Of a stretch of DNA of 64,000 nt, positions 50,960-64,000 are shown piece by piece. Both the position numbers and the translations under genes were made by a program. The notes below the pieces were generated by a model. That model did no database searches. It worked only from the letters and a program-made list of their open reading frames with translations, and was not told where the DNA came from. The stretch is from NCBI RefSeq assembly GCF_009834535.1, contig NC_045696.1:116438001-116502000 (forward strand), read 5' to 3'. How positions within the stretch are numbered: position 1 is the stretch's first letter; each line of letters opens with the position of its first letter. The DNA comes from Camelus ferus (taxonomy: Eukaryota).

Positions 50960-51905
50960 TATGTTTACTGAGATAGGATTTACATCTGTTCAAATCCACT
51001 CTTTTGAAGTGTGTGAGTCTATGAGTGTCAACAAATGCATTCAGCCTGTGCAACCACCAGCACAAAGTATAGAACTGGTCTACCATATCTCAAAATTCTC
51101 TCGTTCCCCCTTCATATTCCAGCCCCTACAACAGCTGATCTGTTCTCTGTCCCCACAGTTTTGCCTTTTTCAAAATGTCATATACATGGAATCATGGAAT
51201 ACGTAGCTAGCCTTTTGAGACTGGCTTCTTTCACTTTGTACAATGCTTTTGAGATCCAGCCATGTCACTGTAGTAGGTCAGTGGTACCCTCTTTTTATCG
51301 CTGAGCAGTCTTCCACTTTGTGGCTGGACTACAACCTGTTGATCCATTCACTGGGTAAGTTGTTTTCAGTTTTTGGCAATTCTGAATAAAGCTGCTATGA
51401 ATACTCATGTATAGATTTTGTGTAAAGATAGGTTTTCATTTCTCTTGAGAAATCCCTATGGGTAAGACTGCTGGGCTACATGGTGAGTCTATGTTTAACT
51501 TTCTGAGAAACTGCAAATCTGTTTTCCAAAATGGCTGAATCATTTTGTGTTATCTCCAGCAATTTTCAAGCATTCTCGTGCACCCTGGTATTGTCGGTTT
51601 TCCTTTTTTAATTTCAGTCATCCTAACAGGTGCTCAGTAATGGCACACTGTGGTTTGAAGGTGCATTTCTGTGATGACTAGTGATGTTGAGCACCCTTCA
51701 TGGGCTCATTGGCCATGTCTATACCGTCTTTGGCGAAGTGTCTGTTTTAATATGTTGCCCCCCTTTTTTAAATTGACATTTGTTTTCTTATTTTTGAGTT
51801 TCGAGAGTTCTTTATGTATTCTGGATACAAGTCTTTTATCAGCTTTGTGTTTTGTAGATGTTTTTAAATTTAAAGAAGTTCTGAATTTTGATGAAGTCCA
51901 ATTTG
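50960..51905 (-). mobile_element. Older L1 (L1MB-like) 3' region
   Basis: Degenerate ORF2 peptide KADKRLVSRIHKELSKLKNKKTN and a typical older L1 3' UTR. Confidence 0.75.
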
Positions 51906-52779
51906 TCAGTAATATAGTAAAATTCTTGAATTTGGAAATTATAAATGTAAGGCAAGATTGATCACTCGGTTTTGTGTTTATCTTTAGTTTCTCCATATGC
52001 AACCCCTGAACTTCAGATCCGGAATAGTGGAGGTCTGGATTTAGCTTGGGTTGGAATTTCACCTGGTGAGTAAGATGGTAGGCGGAAGGGATAAAAGACC
52101 TGAGTGCGTGTAAGAAAGTGATCCTGGTGACATACTGTGGAAACTAAGGTGGGTAAAGAGGGAGTTCAGAAATGAAATGGTAGTGAAAAATGGCAGAGTG
52201 GATGGATTGAACCATTCTAGTGGGTCAAAGAATTGTGAAGAAGCACCACAAAGAAATAAGCTAGGAAAATAGGACTTAGTGATCGGAGAATGGAATGCTT
52301 GCCTGTGAGTCTGGATGTGGTAGAGTTGTTGGTAATAATGGTTAGGACGAGACAATGGGCCTGAGTCACTGAAGTAGGTGGAGAACAAGATCACAGAAAG
52401 AGAGGAGTTCAAAAAGTGAGAAGTTTGGGGTTAAGCAGAAGGATCACCTATAGGGATGCTGACATTACCAAAAAAAAGGTGACAGCGAAAGGCTCAGAGA
52501 GTGATCTTGGTTACATGTCCCTTTGAAATCATGATGAGAATTGCACATACACAGGTACTTTTGGTCATGTAATATTCAACCTCCTTCCCCCTCTTCACCA
52601 ATGGCTCTCTAGACCAGGTTGAACATTAAAGTAGCTCCGCTCCTAAATTTTAAATTTATCCTTAGGTAGGGTTATTATCCGTCCTTATGCTTCCATCCAT
52701 CCATCCATCCATCCACGCGACTAACCATCATTTATCTGAACTTAAGTGTTCTTTTTGGAAGAATCTTACTCTCTGAATA

Positions 52780-52910
52780 GAACGGCGGAGAAGCGTGCTT
52801 CCCCATTTGCACCGGTAGGGGGCACCCTAGCATTTCTAAAGTTAGCGACGCGGCTCAACCCGCAGCGCAGAATAGGGCAGCGGCTCAGTAACGCTTTCCG
52901 GAAAATAGGA
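52780..52910 (+). promoter_or_regulatory. Small CpG-rich element with candidate CTCF site (52812-52825)
   Basis: About 12 CpGs in 120 bp against a CpG-depleted background; CCGGTAGGGGGCAC matches the CTCF core at 13/14. Confidence 0.5.
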
Positions 52911-54584
52911 GAATGTGGAGCTGGAGGGAGGAGACTGTTTACCACTACACTTACCGAAATCCCTGGTGACCCAGGTTTTTTATTATTTAGTGGCAGTAAT
53001 TAGACTGGAAAGGAACATTTCAAATAGTAAGCTACAGTTGGTTTGGGTTATAAAGTGCCGTCTCTTAGTGAAACGGGTAAAGCAGTGTGAAATATTCAGG
53101 TGAGATATAAATAAATATCCCAATATAACACCGTGTTCTCACCTAAGTCATGTTTTGATAGAGTTCAGGATGGTCTGATGAATAGTAAAATATGTTAAAC
53201 TCATAAAAGCTTTAAAAAGCCACTGTTTCCTAGCGCAGATGAATAACCTCAATACATTTTCTTCACAACATTGCTAACAAATGGAGAAACTTGTTGGAAA
53301 TATTATGTGGACCAATAAAAGGTAATTTTATTTTATGTAATAACCACTTGAAAACTCACTGTGGTCTGATGTGAAGAGCTGGGCTAGTTAAGAGGTTAAC
53401 ACCCCAATCATAAACCAATAACGAGGATAGACTTGAAGGGCATTTCTTCTATTATGGAACATTTACAATAATAACCTTGTAAAAAATAATGGGATCTATT
53501 TAAAGCTCATTTATTTCCTGGCTAAGTGGCAATTTCCCATCACTCAAAATGCTAATACTTCCTCCTGAAACCCGAGGGATAATCCAATTCATGTCTGTTC
53601 ATTAAAAAAAAAATCTGGTTAAAATAAGCAGGTGATTCTGTTTTAATAATATCTGTCCTGCCAGCAATAAGACAGTCTCAGGTGCAAATAAATATATCAA
53701 CAAACAGATTTTCTTTAAAGCACACGGGGTCTCATATCATCTCCAAATTAGCCAATTAGCATGATGCTATTGGAAGAGCTAATTAAAAAGTGCATTTAGA
53801 CTCAGAAATGTTTCCTGAGAGTAATCGGGAGCGTATAGTCCTTGTTCCACCTGTAATTACTCTGCCTGATTTTCCACTCGGTAGACAGGGGAACACACCT
53901 TCATCCCGGCAGAGGGGAAGCCTTTTTCTCTCCCAGAGTGAGCTTACCTCAAACCGATCGGTAAACAACTTATCCTTTTTAAAAGGAACCCCCCTCCCCA
54001 GCCAGCTCTCAAAGTTGTTTGAGGGGTAGTTAACTAGTACAGAATTTATATTAAGACTGAAAGTGTTGTCTTTATCCAGAGATCCAGCCTGTAATTTGTC
54101 CTGTTAGAAATATTTTCACAGTTAGACTCCTTGGTAAGTTCATCAACTTTTGTAGTAAATAATGTCTATCAGAAAAACAGAATTTTTGAGATTTATAGGT
54201 TTTTTTTTGCTGGGGAGAGGTGGGGCTGGGGGAGGACAGAGGATGAACAGCCAATCTCATCTGATAGCCACTAAGCTGGCACCTTCTAAATGTTATTATG
54301 CATATTAATCACCCATAGAATTTGTTACAATGCAGATTTTTACTTGGTAGGTTGGGGTAGGGCCCGAGGTCCTGAATTTCTGACGCTTCCAGGTGACACA
54401 GCGTTGCTGGTTAGGGGTCACACTTGGAGTGACAAAGCTTGAAGCTTTCTGGCAGTTCTGTGACTTTGCTTTATGTAGACCAGCTCTCTGTGATGCGCCC
54501 TCCTGGTTGGAATTTACACTCCTGCTCTCTGCCCGTGTGTGTTCATGTTCCCTCTTTGGTAGCACTCACTTTCTTTTTAAAAAT

Positions 54585-55760
54585 AAAATTTGAACTTTAG
54601 AACTCTTCTAGGTTGACAGAAAAATTGTGAAGACAGTCCCCCCTGTGCTCAGTTTCCCTTCTTACTGACTTAATAATTAACTAAGGTTGGTTACAATGAA
54701 TGAACCAATACTGATGCATTATTATGAATGGAAGTCCGTCCTTTATTCAGATCTCCTTAGTTTTTACCTGATGTCTATTTTCCGCTCCAGGATCCTGTCC
54801 ACGACAACAAAGGGCATTTAGCTGCCGTGTCTCCTTGGGCTCCTCTTGGCTGTGAAAGCTTCTCAGCCATGACTTGTTTCTGATGACCTTGACAGTCTGA
54901 GGCATGCTGGTCGGGTTATTTTGCAGAATGTCCTTTAATTGAGATTTGTCTTATTTTTTTTTCACGATTAGCCTGCAGTTACGTGCTTTGGGGAGGGAGA
55001 TCACAGAGGTAAAGAGTCATCCTCATCACGACACATCTAAGGAACATACTTTCCACATTATTTATCACTGTTGGTGTTAACCCCGATCACCTGGCTCAGG
55101 TAGTGTTTTCAACTGTCTCCACTGTCCAGTTACTCTTTTCCCCTCTTCCATACTGCTCTCTACGGCAGGGAGTCACCACGTGCAGCCTACGCCTGAGAAG
55201 TGGCAAGTTATGTTGCACCTCTTTAAGGGTCAACATAAATTAAGTGCAGTTCTTCTGTATGGGAGATTTGTCTATTCCCCGCCCCCTTTATATGTTTATT
55301 TAATAATTTATTTATATCATAGGTATTTGTTTTATACTTTGGCTTATAACCCCATACTACTTTATTTGTCACTCTTTTTTTTTCTAGTCTGTCTTTCTTT
55401 CTTTTTTAGCACTTTAAAAATTTTGTGTCACTATAAGATGCTCCAGGCTCATCTTGTATATTTTCTGTCCCGGTCATAGAATTAGCCATTTCTCCAAGGA
55501 GCCCTAACCAGCCCTTGTAGCAGAGAATGCTACTGGAAACCAAGTTCTGGGCACTAAGTGTGCTGGCTGCTCCTGGGGTACCTCTGCTTCTATGCCCTCA
55601 TAGCTCATAGAACAAGCAAATATACATGTGTATATTAACCTGTGTATATACACATATCTGCAGATATTTCTCTGTGTAAATGTCTGTATCCACATTGAGC
55701 TAAACATGAGTTATATAGATGTCTGACTGATCTATTACTGCAGAGATTGTTCTAGACCTC
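54585..55760 (-). mobile_element. Old L1M (L1MC-like) 3' UTR
   Basis: aatgaaccaatactgatgcattattat...agccatttctccaaggagccct motifs recalled from L1MC 3' ends. Confidence 0.55.
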
Positions 55761-55849
55761 TTTCCTTGCTTGTCTATAACCACCCACTCCAACAGTGAAA
55801 ATCCTGGCTCCACCCTTCTGCCATCCACTGAGGCCCTGCCCCCTGCAGT

Positions 55850-56565
55850 GACTGTGGGCCTGATGTGCGTGGGGCCAGATTTCTGCACGGCTGGCTGTGT
55901 GGCCCAGAGGGTGTGAGGCCAATGCTGGTGGGCGAGGATGCCCCGGCACTAATAGCCGAGATGGAGGATTCCAAAATGTGCTGATGTCACCACGGTAGAA
56001 TAAGCCCCTCAGTATGGCTGGACCAGCGTCTTCATCCCCAAGGAGGTCCCAGTTGCCTCCCGCCTCTCTGGCAGGATCTCCAAGATCAGCAACTGGGTCT
56101 GACCCAGGACCTCTCCGATGATGGCCTCTGGATTGGGGCTTAGCGCATGTGACGTGTTGCACGTGCCCTCTGAGAGCAGCCTCTGTTCCCTACAGCCCTC
56201 CAGTTCCCAAACATAAATCCTACTAGTTTTCTAAGCCAGACGTTCTGGAAGCTTATCTTCCTGCTGCCGGACCTCTGGCCAGGGAGCCCAGTGTGAGGCT
56301 CCGGCCCCTTGCTTCCTGGGGAGAATCTCAACAATTGTAATATTCTTCCTGTTTTGGGGTCGCCCCCTTGGGGGAGGTGGGTTCTGACTATACCGTGTCT
56401 CTGCCCCTCCTAGTCATCTCTTTGTGGTTCCTTCTTTACATCTTTAGTTTCGGAGAATCTTTTCTGCTAGTCTTCAGGTCGTTCTCATAGATAGTTCCTC
56501 TGAGAGCTGTAATTTCGGGGTGTCTGCGGGAGGTGAGTTCAGGGTCTTCCTACTCCACCATCTTG
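55850..56565 (-). mobile_element. L1 5' UTR fragment
   Basis: Minus strand starts CAAGATGGTGGAGTAGGAAGACCCTGAACTCACCTCC (L1 5' end with YY1-type motif); GC-rich. Confidence 0.65.
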
Positions 56566-57254
56566 GTTGTATCCTCAATGGCATTTTCATTTTCATTCAC
56601 CTGCTGTTGTAGTTGGATATGGAATTTTGATTGATTGATAATTATTGTCACTTAGCATGCTGGCAATACTCACTGTATTTTAGTTTACATTGTTACTTTT
56701 GAAATAACTGCTTTCGGACTGTTGCTGTTTATTTGTAGGTCATATGTCTGTTCTCGCTGCTTGCTTTCAAGACTTTCTCCTATTTTTTGTGGGACTCTGT
56801 TTTGCTTATTTTGCTCAAAACTCATACTCCTTATATCTGGATTCACTTTTGACAAGAGAACTAAAAAGAAAATCTAAGCGTTTCATATGTTTTATTTTCT
56901 CAAGTTAAAAGATTGAGAGTAACCTGATTTAAATTTGGTGGAAGTTTTTGCCAAAAATTTCAGAGACAAAGAACAGAGGTGAAATTCAGTCTTGGGACAG
57001 GTGGACTAGACTAAGACTGTATTTCCTCCTGCTACTAACACATGGGCCTGATGGAGGGGACACGGGAACAGCAAAAAAACTCAACCATAGCTCTAGAACA
57101 AGAGATGGAGACCCACAGTTGCTTAACCTAAAACAAAGGTCATCTGAAAGCAGAGAAACCTGTCTGCAGCACAATGTGATGATGACCTGGGCCCACGCAG
57201 GGGGCATGTTAGAACTGAGGCTCCTACATCCAGCCAGGGCCCTGTAAGGGCTGC

Positions 57255-57845
57255 TGTGGTGACTGTATTTTCTGGAGATGGCCATAAGAATATTTCTCGG
57301 TCCACGTGGTTTTGTAGAAACTCATGTCTCCTTCATCAAAGGTGGAGTTTGACTCCCTTTCTCTTGAATCCTGTATGTCTCACTTGTAACCAATGGAGCT
57401 GGTCAGCGGAAGTGATGCTGCATGATGTCCAGGTCTAGGGCAGAAGAGGTGAAGCATCTTCCACCTGCTTGTTGGGAAACTCGTGCTGGGTGCTGGTGCT
57501 GCAGTGTAAGCGGTCCAGCCGCCCCGAGGCCACCATGCTATGAAGAGGCCCCACTTATCCCACGTGGAGAGAGCACATGGAGAAGCCCTGAAACTATACT
57601 GAGAGAGATGCCTCGTCGGCTCCCATCTGCTCCTGCTGGCCTCCCCCCTCCCACCTGCCCACTTCCAGCTCCAGTCACCATATGACTGCAGCCACTGAAG
57701 AGATCTTGAGCCAGAACTGCACAGTGGAGCCAGTCTTGAATTTCTGACCCACAGAAACCATGAGATAATAAAATGATTTTTTAAATGTTATTTTAAGCCA
57801 CTTAAATTTTTAGTGATTTGTTATGCAGCGATAATGACTTGAACA
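57255..57845 (+). mobile_element. MaLR LTR (MLT1F-like)
   Basis: TGTGG start; ccacagaaaccatgagataataaaatg...ttttaagccact...ttgttatgcagcgataatgacttgaaca end. Confidence 0.7.
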
Positions 57846-58329
57846 GCTGTTGTCTTAGTGAAAAAGGGACCAAAGGGATCCTTTCCACAGACAGACTGAT
57901 GTGGCAGGAAACCTCCCCTCTGTCTGGGGACTGTGGGCAAATATGTCTCTTTTGGGAAACTGAAGTCATAAGAGAGCTGTCACCTTTTGAGTTTGTAAGG
58001 TATGAAGACAATTTAAATATGGATGGTTGATATTTTTTTTCATCACATGGTAATTGCCTTTTAGAAAATAAAGCTGGCATGGAATCAAGCAGAGATGAGA
58101 GAGGGAGAATAGAGTCTGGAGTACAATATTTAAGCACCTAGATCCACCTATGCCTGAATTTACAATTACATGAGTCAGCTTATTTTGTTGCTTTAGTTTG
58201 TCTGAGGTGGGTTTTTGTTAAGTCTAACTGAAAGCATCCTAACCATTACAACTCCACTTTTCTAGACCAGTTCATATTCAAAGAGATCAGAAGGGGAAAC
58301 AAGTTAGCCAGTGAGGCAGACTCTGCACA

Positions 58330-58770
58330 GTGGCTTAAGTGAGCCATAGCTCCTGGAGTTACGTTCTGTATTTCCCCTCCCACAGTGAGTCTGGGTGTGA
58401 CCATAAGACTACCTGTAAGAGTCTGCGTTTCGGGACTGGTCCTCTTGGAATTCTCTCTTCCAGCACCCAGCTGCCATGCTGAATGAATGTCCAGGATGCT
58501 CTGCTACAGTGAGAGTCCATTTGGAGAACACCTAGAGGATGAGATACACGGCTGAGAGATAAACCACGTGGAGGAACACAGAGGCAGCCCAACCCAGCTC
58601 CTAGCTGAATGCAGCCACATGAGTGATCCAGCCAACAACATGTGGAGAAGAAAAACGGCCCAGCTGAGCTCCCTCAACCCACGGAATCACGAGAAATAAT
58701 AAACTGTTATTGTTTTAACCAACTAAGTTTTGGAGTAACTTGTTAGGCAGCAAAAGATAACTGAAATAGC
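58330..58770 (+). mobile_element. MaLR LTR fragment (MLT1-type)
   Basis: cccagctgagc...cacggaatcacgagaaataataaactgttattgttttaaccaactaagttttggag...gcagcaaaagataactgaaa. Confidence 0.6.
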
Positions 58771-59472
58771 CAAAATCACAATACCCAGTCAGAGTAGATC
58801 TTAAACAGCTGCCCAAGACAGAGAGTCAGCAATATTCATCCACCCATCCATCCATCTATCCATTCAAAACATCATTTAATAAATGTCTATGTACTGGTCA
58901 ATAAAAAACTATAAAGGAAAAAAGCTATAAATCCAAGTAAATGTGCATAATCACTGTGTAAATAACGCACTTGACTTAAGCATTCGATGCTTATCTCTTT
59001 CAGAAGATATAAAATGTGAAGGAAATGACTTCTGACTAATCAATACTGACAGCTAAGTTTTCCAGCATATCACGTGAGCCAGGTGTTAAGTTTTAAGGCC
59101 ACATCCTCCCAAGGTGTATCACAATTACCTACATTTATGAACAGATGAGTTATTTCATGGTTTAAAGGGAATATATTTTCATTGCAATGAGAAACCAGTC
59201 ATCATTTTCTGCTTTGAAATTCTCTCCTTCACTAGAAGCATCTGACTACCTGAATTCAAATCTTATGTTCATCACTTTGTAGATTTATGACCTTGGGGGC
59301 AAGTATTAACCATTCCAAGCTATGATCTCCCCATTTGTTAAAAGGCATAATACCATATACCTTATATGGAAAGCCTCAAGCAAATAACTATTATTATTAT
59401 CCTAGATCATTTCTGGATCATCAACTCTGTCTTAGGAAACTCATTTGTTTTTCTTTATTTGAAAAGAAATGG

Positions 59473-59612
59473 GGGGAGAATAGAGCTTAGTGGTAGAGTG
59501 CGTGCTTAGCATGCATGAGGTCCTGGGTTCAATTCTCAGTTTCTCCATTAAACAGACAAACAAACAAACAAACCTAATTACCTTCCCCCGCCAAAAACAG
59601 GGGAAAAAAAAA
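59473..59612 (+). mobile_element. tRNA-derived SINE (Vic-1-like) with tail and TSD
   Basis: TSD AAAAGAAATGG at 59462-59472 and 59613-59623; tRNA-like head, (AAAC)n, aacctaattacc segment, A tail. Confidence 0.85.
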
Positions 59613-60329
59613 AAAAGAAATGGTAGTCGTCTTTGCTTCCTAAAATGAAACACTAGTAAATAACTCCTTTGTCTTAACTAACTTCATCCTTCCTTTTCAA
59701 TCCATGCTTTGGGTATTAGATTTTAGTAAGTAATGTTAAACTTCAGAAAATGCATTAATGTATTAATATATCAAATGTGTTTTATACCATAAGCATTACC
59801 TTATTCTATGATGTCTGAAGGAGTTGGTGCAATATCTGAATATGATTAGTTCTATACTGGAATGGGGAAGTCGGAAGAAAGAGCTGGGCTCATCCCTTCC
59901 TTTTTGGAAGAATGCATAAACGTGTGATAACTGACAAAGGAGGGAACTCAGCTTTCAAAGGATTCAGGTTTGAGGAGTGAACAGTTAAGTTCTAGCCAAA
60001 CTGGGAAACTTTGGGAGGTTCTAATCTGCAGGAAGTAGAAAGCCTCTATGTGGCAAGAACATGGAGATCATGGCCCCAGTTTGGATTCTGATTTTGCTGT
60101 AGCTCTAACCTCCTGATCTGGTCAATTCATATCTCTATTTTGTTGTTGTTGTTTTCAAATTGAATTTTCCTTAAAAAAATATTTTTTACTGAAGTATAGT
60201 TGATTTACAATATTGTGTTTGAGCACCTGAGGAGGATGTAACATATATTGTACAGAAAGCCCCTGTGACACCCTGTGCATTCGGATTATACTCTTTAGAA
60301 TGACAATCAAAATTTTTTCATTATTCCTA

Positions 60330-62606
60330 TTTTTTTCCTTTTTTATTGAAGTATAGTAGATTTACAATGTTGTGTTAATTTCTGGTGTACAGCATAATAA
60401 TTTAGATCTATATTATATATATATATATTCCCTTTTAGTATTCTTTTTTATTATAGGCTATTACGAGATACTGAATATAGTTCCTTGTGCTATACAGTAG
60501 GACTTTGTTGTTTATCTATTTTTTTCTTGAGGTATAGTCAGTTTACAATGTTGTGCCAATTTCTGGTGTACAGCATAATGTTTCGGTCATATATACACAT
60601 ACAGATATTTGTTTTCCTACCCTTTTTCATTATAGGTTACTACAAGATATTGAATACAGTTCCCTGTGCTATACAGAAGAAACTTGTTGATTCTCTCTTA
60701 TATACAGTAGTTAGTATCTACAAATCTTGAACTCTCAATTTATCCCTTCCTACCCCCTTTCTCCTGGTAATCGTAAGTTTATTTACTATGTCAGTGAGTC
60801 TGTTTCTGCTTTGTAGATAACTTCATTAGTGTCTTCATTTTTCTTCTTTTAGATTCCCACATATGAGTGGTATCATATGGTATTTTTCTTTCTCTCCAGG
60901 TCCATCCATATTGCTGAAAATAGCATTACTTTATTCTTTTTTATGGCTGAGTAGTATTCCATTGTATAAATATACCACAACTTCTTTATCCAGTCATCTG
61001 TCAATGGACATATAGGTTGTTTCCATGTCTTGGCTATTGTAAATAGTGCTGCTATGAACATTGGGGTGCAGGTGTCTTTTTGAGTTAGGGTTCCTGCTGG
61101 GTATACGCCCAGGAGTGGGATTGCTGGATCATGAGGTAAGTCTGTTTTTAGTCTTTTAAGGAATCTCCATACTCTTTTCCATAATGGCTGCACCAAACTA
61201 CATTCCCACCAGCAGTTTAGAGGGTTCCCTTTTCTCCACAGCCTCTCCAGCATTTATCATTTGTGGACTTTGTGGACTTTTGAATGATGGCCATTCTGAC
61301 TGGTATGAGGTGATACCTCATTGTAGTTTTGATTTGCATTTCTCTGATAATTAATGATACTGAGCATTTTTTCATAGGCCTATTGGTCATTCGTAAGTCT
61401 TCACTGGAGAATTGGTTGTTTAGGTCTTCTGCCCATTTTTGAATTGGGTTGTTTTGGTTTTTTTTTTTTTGTTATTAAGTTGTATGAGCTATTTATATAT
61501 TCTAGAAATTAAACCTTTCTCAGTTACATCACTTGCAAATATTTTCTCCCATTCTGTAGGTTGTCGTTTTGTTTTGCTTATGGTTTCCTTTGCTGTGCAA
61601 AAGCTTTTAAGTTTAATTAGGTCCCATTTGTTAATTTTTGCTCTTATTTCTATTGCCTGGGTAGACTGCCCTAGGAGAACATAGCTAAGATTTATGTCAG
61701 AGAATGTTTTGCCTGTGTTTTCTTCTAGGAGGTTTATAGCAATCAGGCAAGAAAAAGAAATAAAAGGGATCCAAATTGGAAGAGAAGAGACAAAACTGTC
61801 ACTATATGTGGATGACATGATAGTATATATAGAAAACCCTAAAAGCTCCACACAGAAACTACTAGAGCTGATAAAAGAATTTGGCAAGGGAGCAGGATAC
61901 AAGATTAACATACAGGAATCAACTGTATTTCTCTACACTAACAATGAAATAGCAGGAAAAGACTAAAGAAACAATCCCTCTAAAATTGCATCCAAAACAA
62001 TAAAATACTTAGGAATAAATCTGACCAAGGAGGTGAAAGACTTATACATGGGGAACTATAAGACACTGATTAAGGAAATTAAAGATGACTTAAAGAAATG
62101 GAAAGATATCCCATGCTCTTGGATTGGAAGAATCAATATTGTTAAAATGGCCATGCTGCCCAAGGAAATCTACAGATTTAATGAAATCCCTATCAAATGA
62201 CCCAGGACATTTTTCACAGAACTAGAACAAACAATCCTAAACTTTATATGGAATCACAAGAGATCCAGAATTGCCAAAGCAATACTGAGGAAAAAGAATG
62301 AAGCTGGAGGAATAACCCTCCCAGACTTCAGACAATACTACAAAGCTACAGTAATCAAAACAGCACAATACTGGTACAAAAACAGACATATGGATCAACG
62401 GAACAGAATAGAGAGCCCAGAAATAAACCCACAGAACTATGGTCAATTAATCTTCAACAAAGGAGGCAAGAACATACAATGGAAAAAGACAGTCTCTTCA
62501 GCAAGTTGTACTGGGAAAACTGGACAGCTGCATGTAAACCAATGAAGCTAGTACACTCCCTCAGTCTATACACAAAAATAGACTCCAAATGGCTTAAAGA
62601 CTTAAT
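60330..62606. mobile_element. L1 with 5' inversion (3' part on minus strand 60330-61739; inverted part on plus strand 61736-62606)
   Basis: ORF2 peptides switch strand at about 61737: minus [15 protein letters not shown]...; plus [35 protein letters not shown]...[10 protein letters not shown]. Confidence 0.9.
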
Positions 62607-64000
62607 AAATATTTCCCACATATTTACTCAGCATTTCCTCTGTTTATGGACCTGTGCTCAGGGCTGGGGATACAGTGGTAAGATGCTCTCATGGGGAAAG
62701 TGGGTATTAAAGGAGGAAATTCCAATAAAGCATGATTATCATGGTCAGAGTAGAAGTGCTGCTCCTTCTTGTGGCAGAGCATTTGTGACTTCCACCCTGA
62801 TGGCATGTTCCTCGTTGTACAGGAAGCTTCCGTCCCTCTCACTGGACAGTGCTCCCCAAAGGGTCTCATTTACTGGTGTGTATCCCCAGCACACAGTCCA
62901 GTATCTGGCCCATAGGAGCCTAATAAGAATTTATGGAATGAACAAATGCTCTATGAATATTTCTAAACAAGTATTTTATTTCTTTCTTTATACCCATAAT
63001 ACTGAGCATATGGTTGTCCTGCAATAAATGGTAGTCTGTGAAATGTATGAATAGCCATGGTATTGTGAATAGCAGCTGTTGTGGGGAAAAATACTGAGCC
63101 AGGATGGAAGGGGAGGCGGGAATTAAGACCTCCTTCTGCCATATACTCACTGTAGTAAGTGGAGCTGAACACAACCAGTCTCTTAGATTCTGATTCCTCA
63201 CTTGTCAGGTGAACACAGTAATGCCTGCCCTGCCTCCTCTGCAGACTGACTGACCGTATGCAATGCCCTCACATAGAAGTACTCGTAAAGTACCTACACA
63301 CCTGATGACCTAGCACATGCTTGGGGCAGAGAGGAAAGGCCCTTTAGTACAAACGAGGGACCTGGCATCACTTTTCTCTGAGAAGCTCCTGGAAGGTAAA
63401 GTGCTTTCTGTCCTGAATATTTACCATGCTCCTTGACAAATTTTCTACTGCTCCAAATCCTTTCTCAATCTCCTTCTTCCTCAATATCAAAAAGAAATGT
63501 CAGTCTTTTGGTCTTTTTCCCTTGGCGTTTTATATTGAAAAATATAAAACCGACAGAAAAGTTGAAAATACATTGTAATAAATATCTTATACCTTTGATC
63601 TAGATCACCAGTTAACCTTTGGCCACATCTGCATACTCTTTCCTCTGTCTCTGAGTGTGTTTAAGTTATCTCTGTACATGCACCTGAGTGTAGGAGAGTA
63701 AGTTTCACACAGCACGACACCTCTCCCCTGTGTACTTAGACTAACATCCCTACATAACTGCGATACAATAATCACACTCAAGAAAAGTAACTTAGATAAT
63801 TTAATTCGATATTATTATTTAATATACAGTTCACATTCAAGTCTCTCCAACTATCCCAACATTACTTTTTTGTTTGTTAAACCAAGGATCATGCAATCTG
63901 TTCGTAGCTGTGCCCCTTAATCGCTCTCTTTTTTTTGTTTGACATTTTCAAATTATCCAGGCTAATGTCCCTGAATTTGGATTCATTGGATTGTTTCCTT

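Noticed and set aside
46641..59653. Many 60-136 aa ORFs downstream of EFHB as a second gene
   Set aside because: They fall in LTR, L1 or SINE sequence or lack any recognisable domain; no exon chain could be assembled
62479..63027. 182-aa ORF
   Set aside because: N-terminus is L1 ORF2 running into flanking non-coding sequence; no coherent domain

Overview
Mammalian genomic DNA, most likely from a camelid: it carries multiple copies of a tRNA-derived SINE resembling Vic-1 and artiodactyl-type L1 3' ends. The window holds the whole coding span of one + strand gene, EFHB (EF-hand domain family member B / CFAP21). I traced it by hand as 13 coding exons from 2188 (or 2155) to the stop at 46304-46306, all introns GT-AG. 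The main anomaly is exon 3: it is 145 nt, and one extra base at about 19321 shifts the frame to a premature TGA at 19333-19335, while every other exon is intact. This is either a recent loss-of-function allele or an assembly/consensus error. The rest is intronic and intergenic DNA rich in repeats: L1 fragments (one with a twin-priming inversion), solo LTRs, MaLR LTRs, MER DNA transposons, SINEs and microsatellites. A decayed class III ERV RNase H-integrase remnant lies in intron 9, and there are candidate RFX/forkhead, CTCF and CRE elements. I found no evidence of a novel multi-gene system. Repeat family names and comparisons to human EFHB are from memory and need RepeatMasker/BLAST confirmation.
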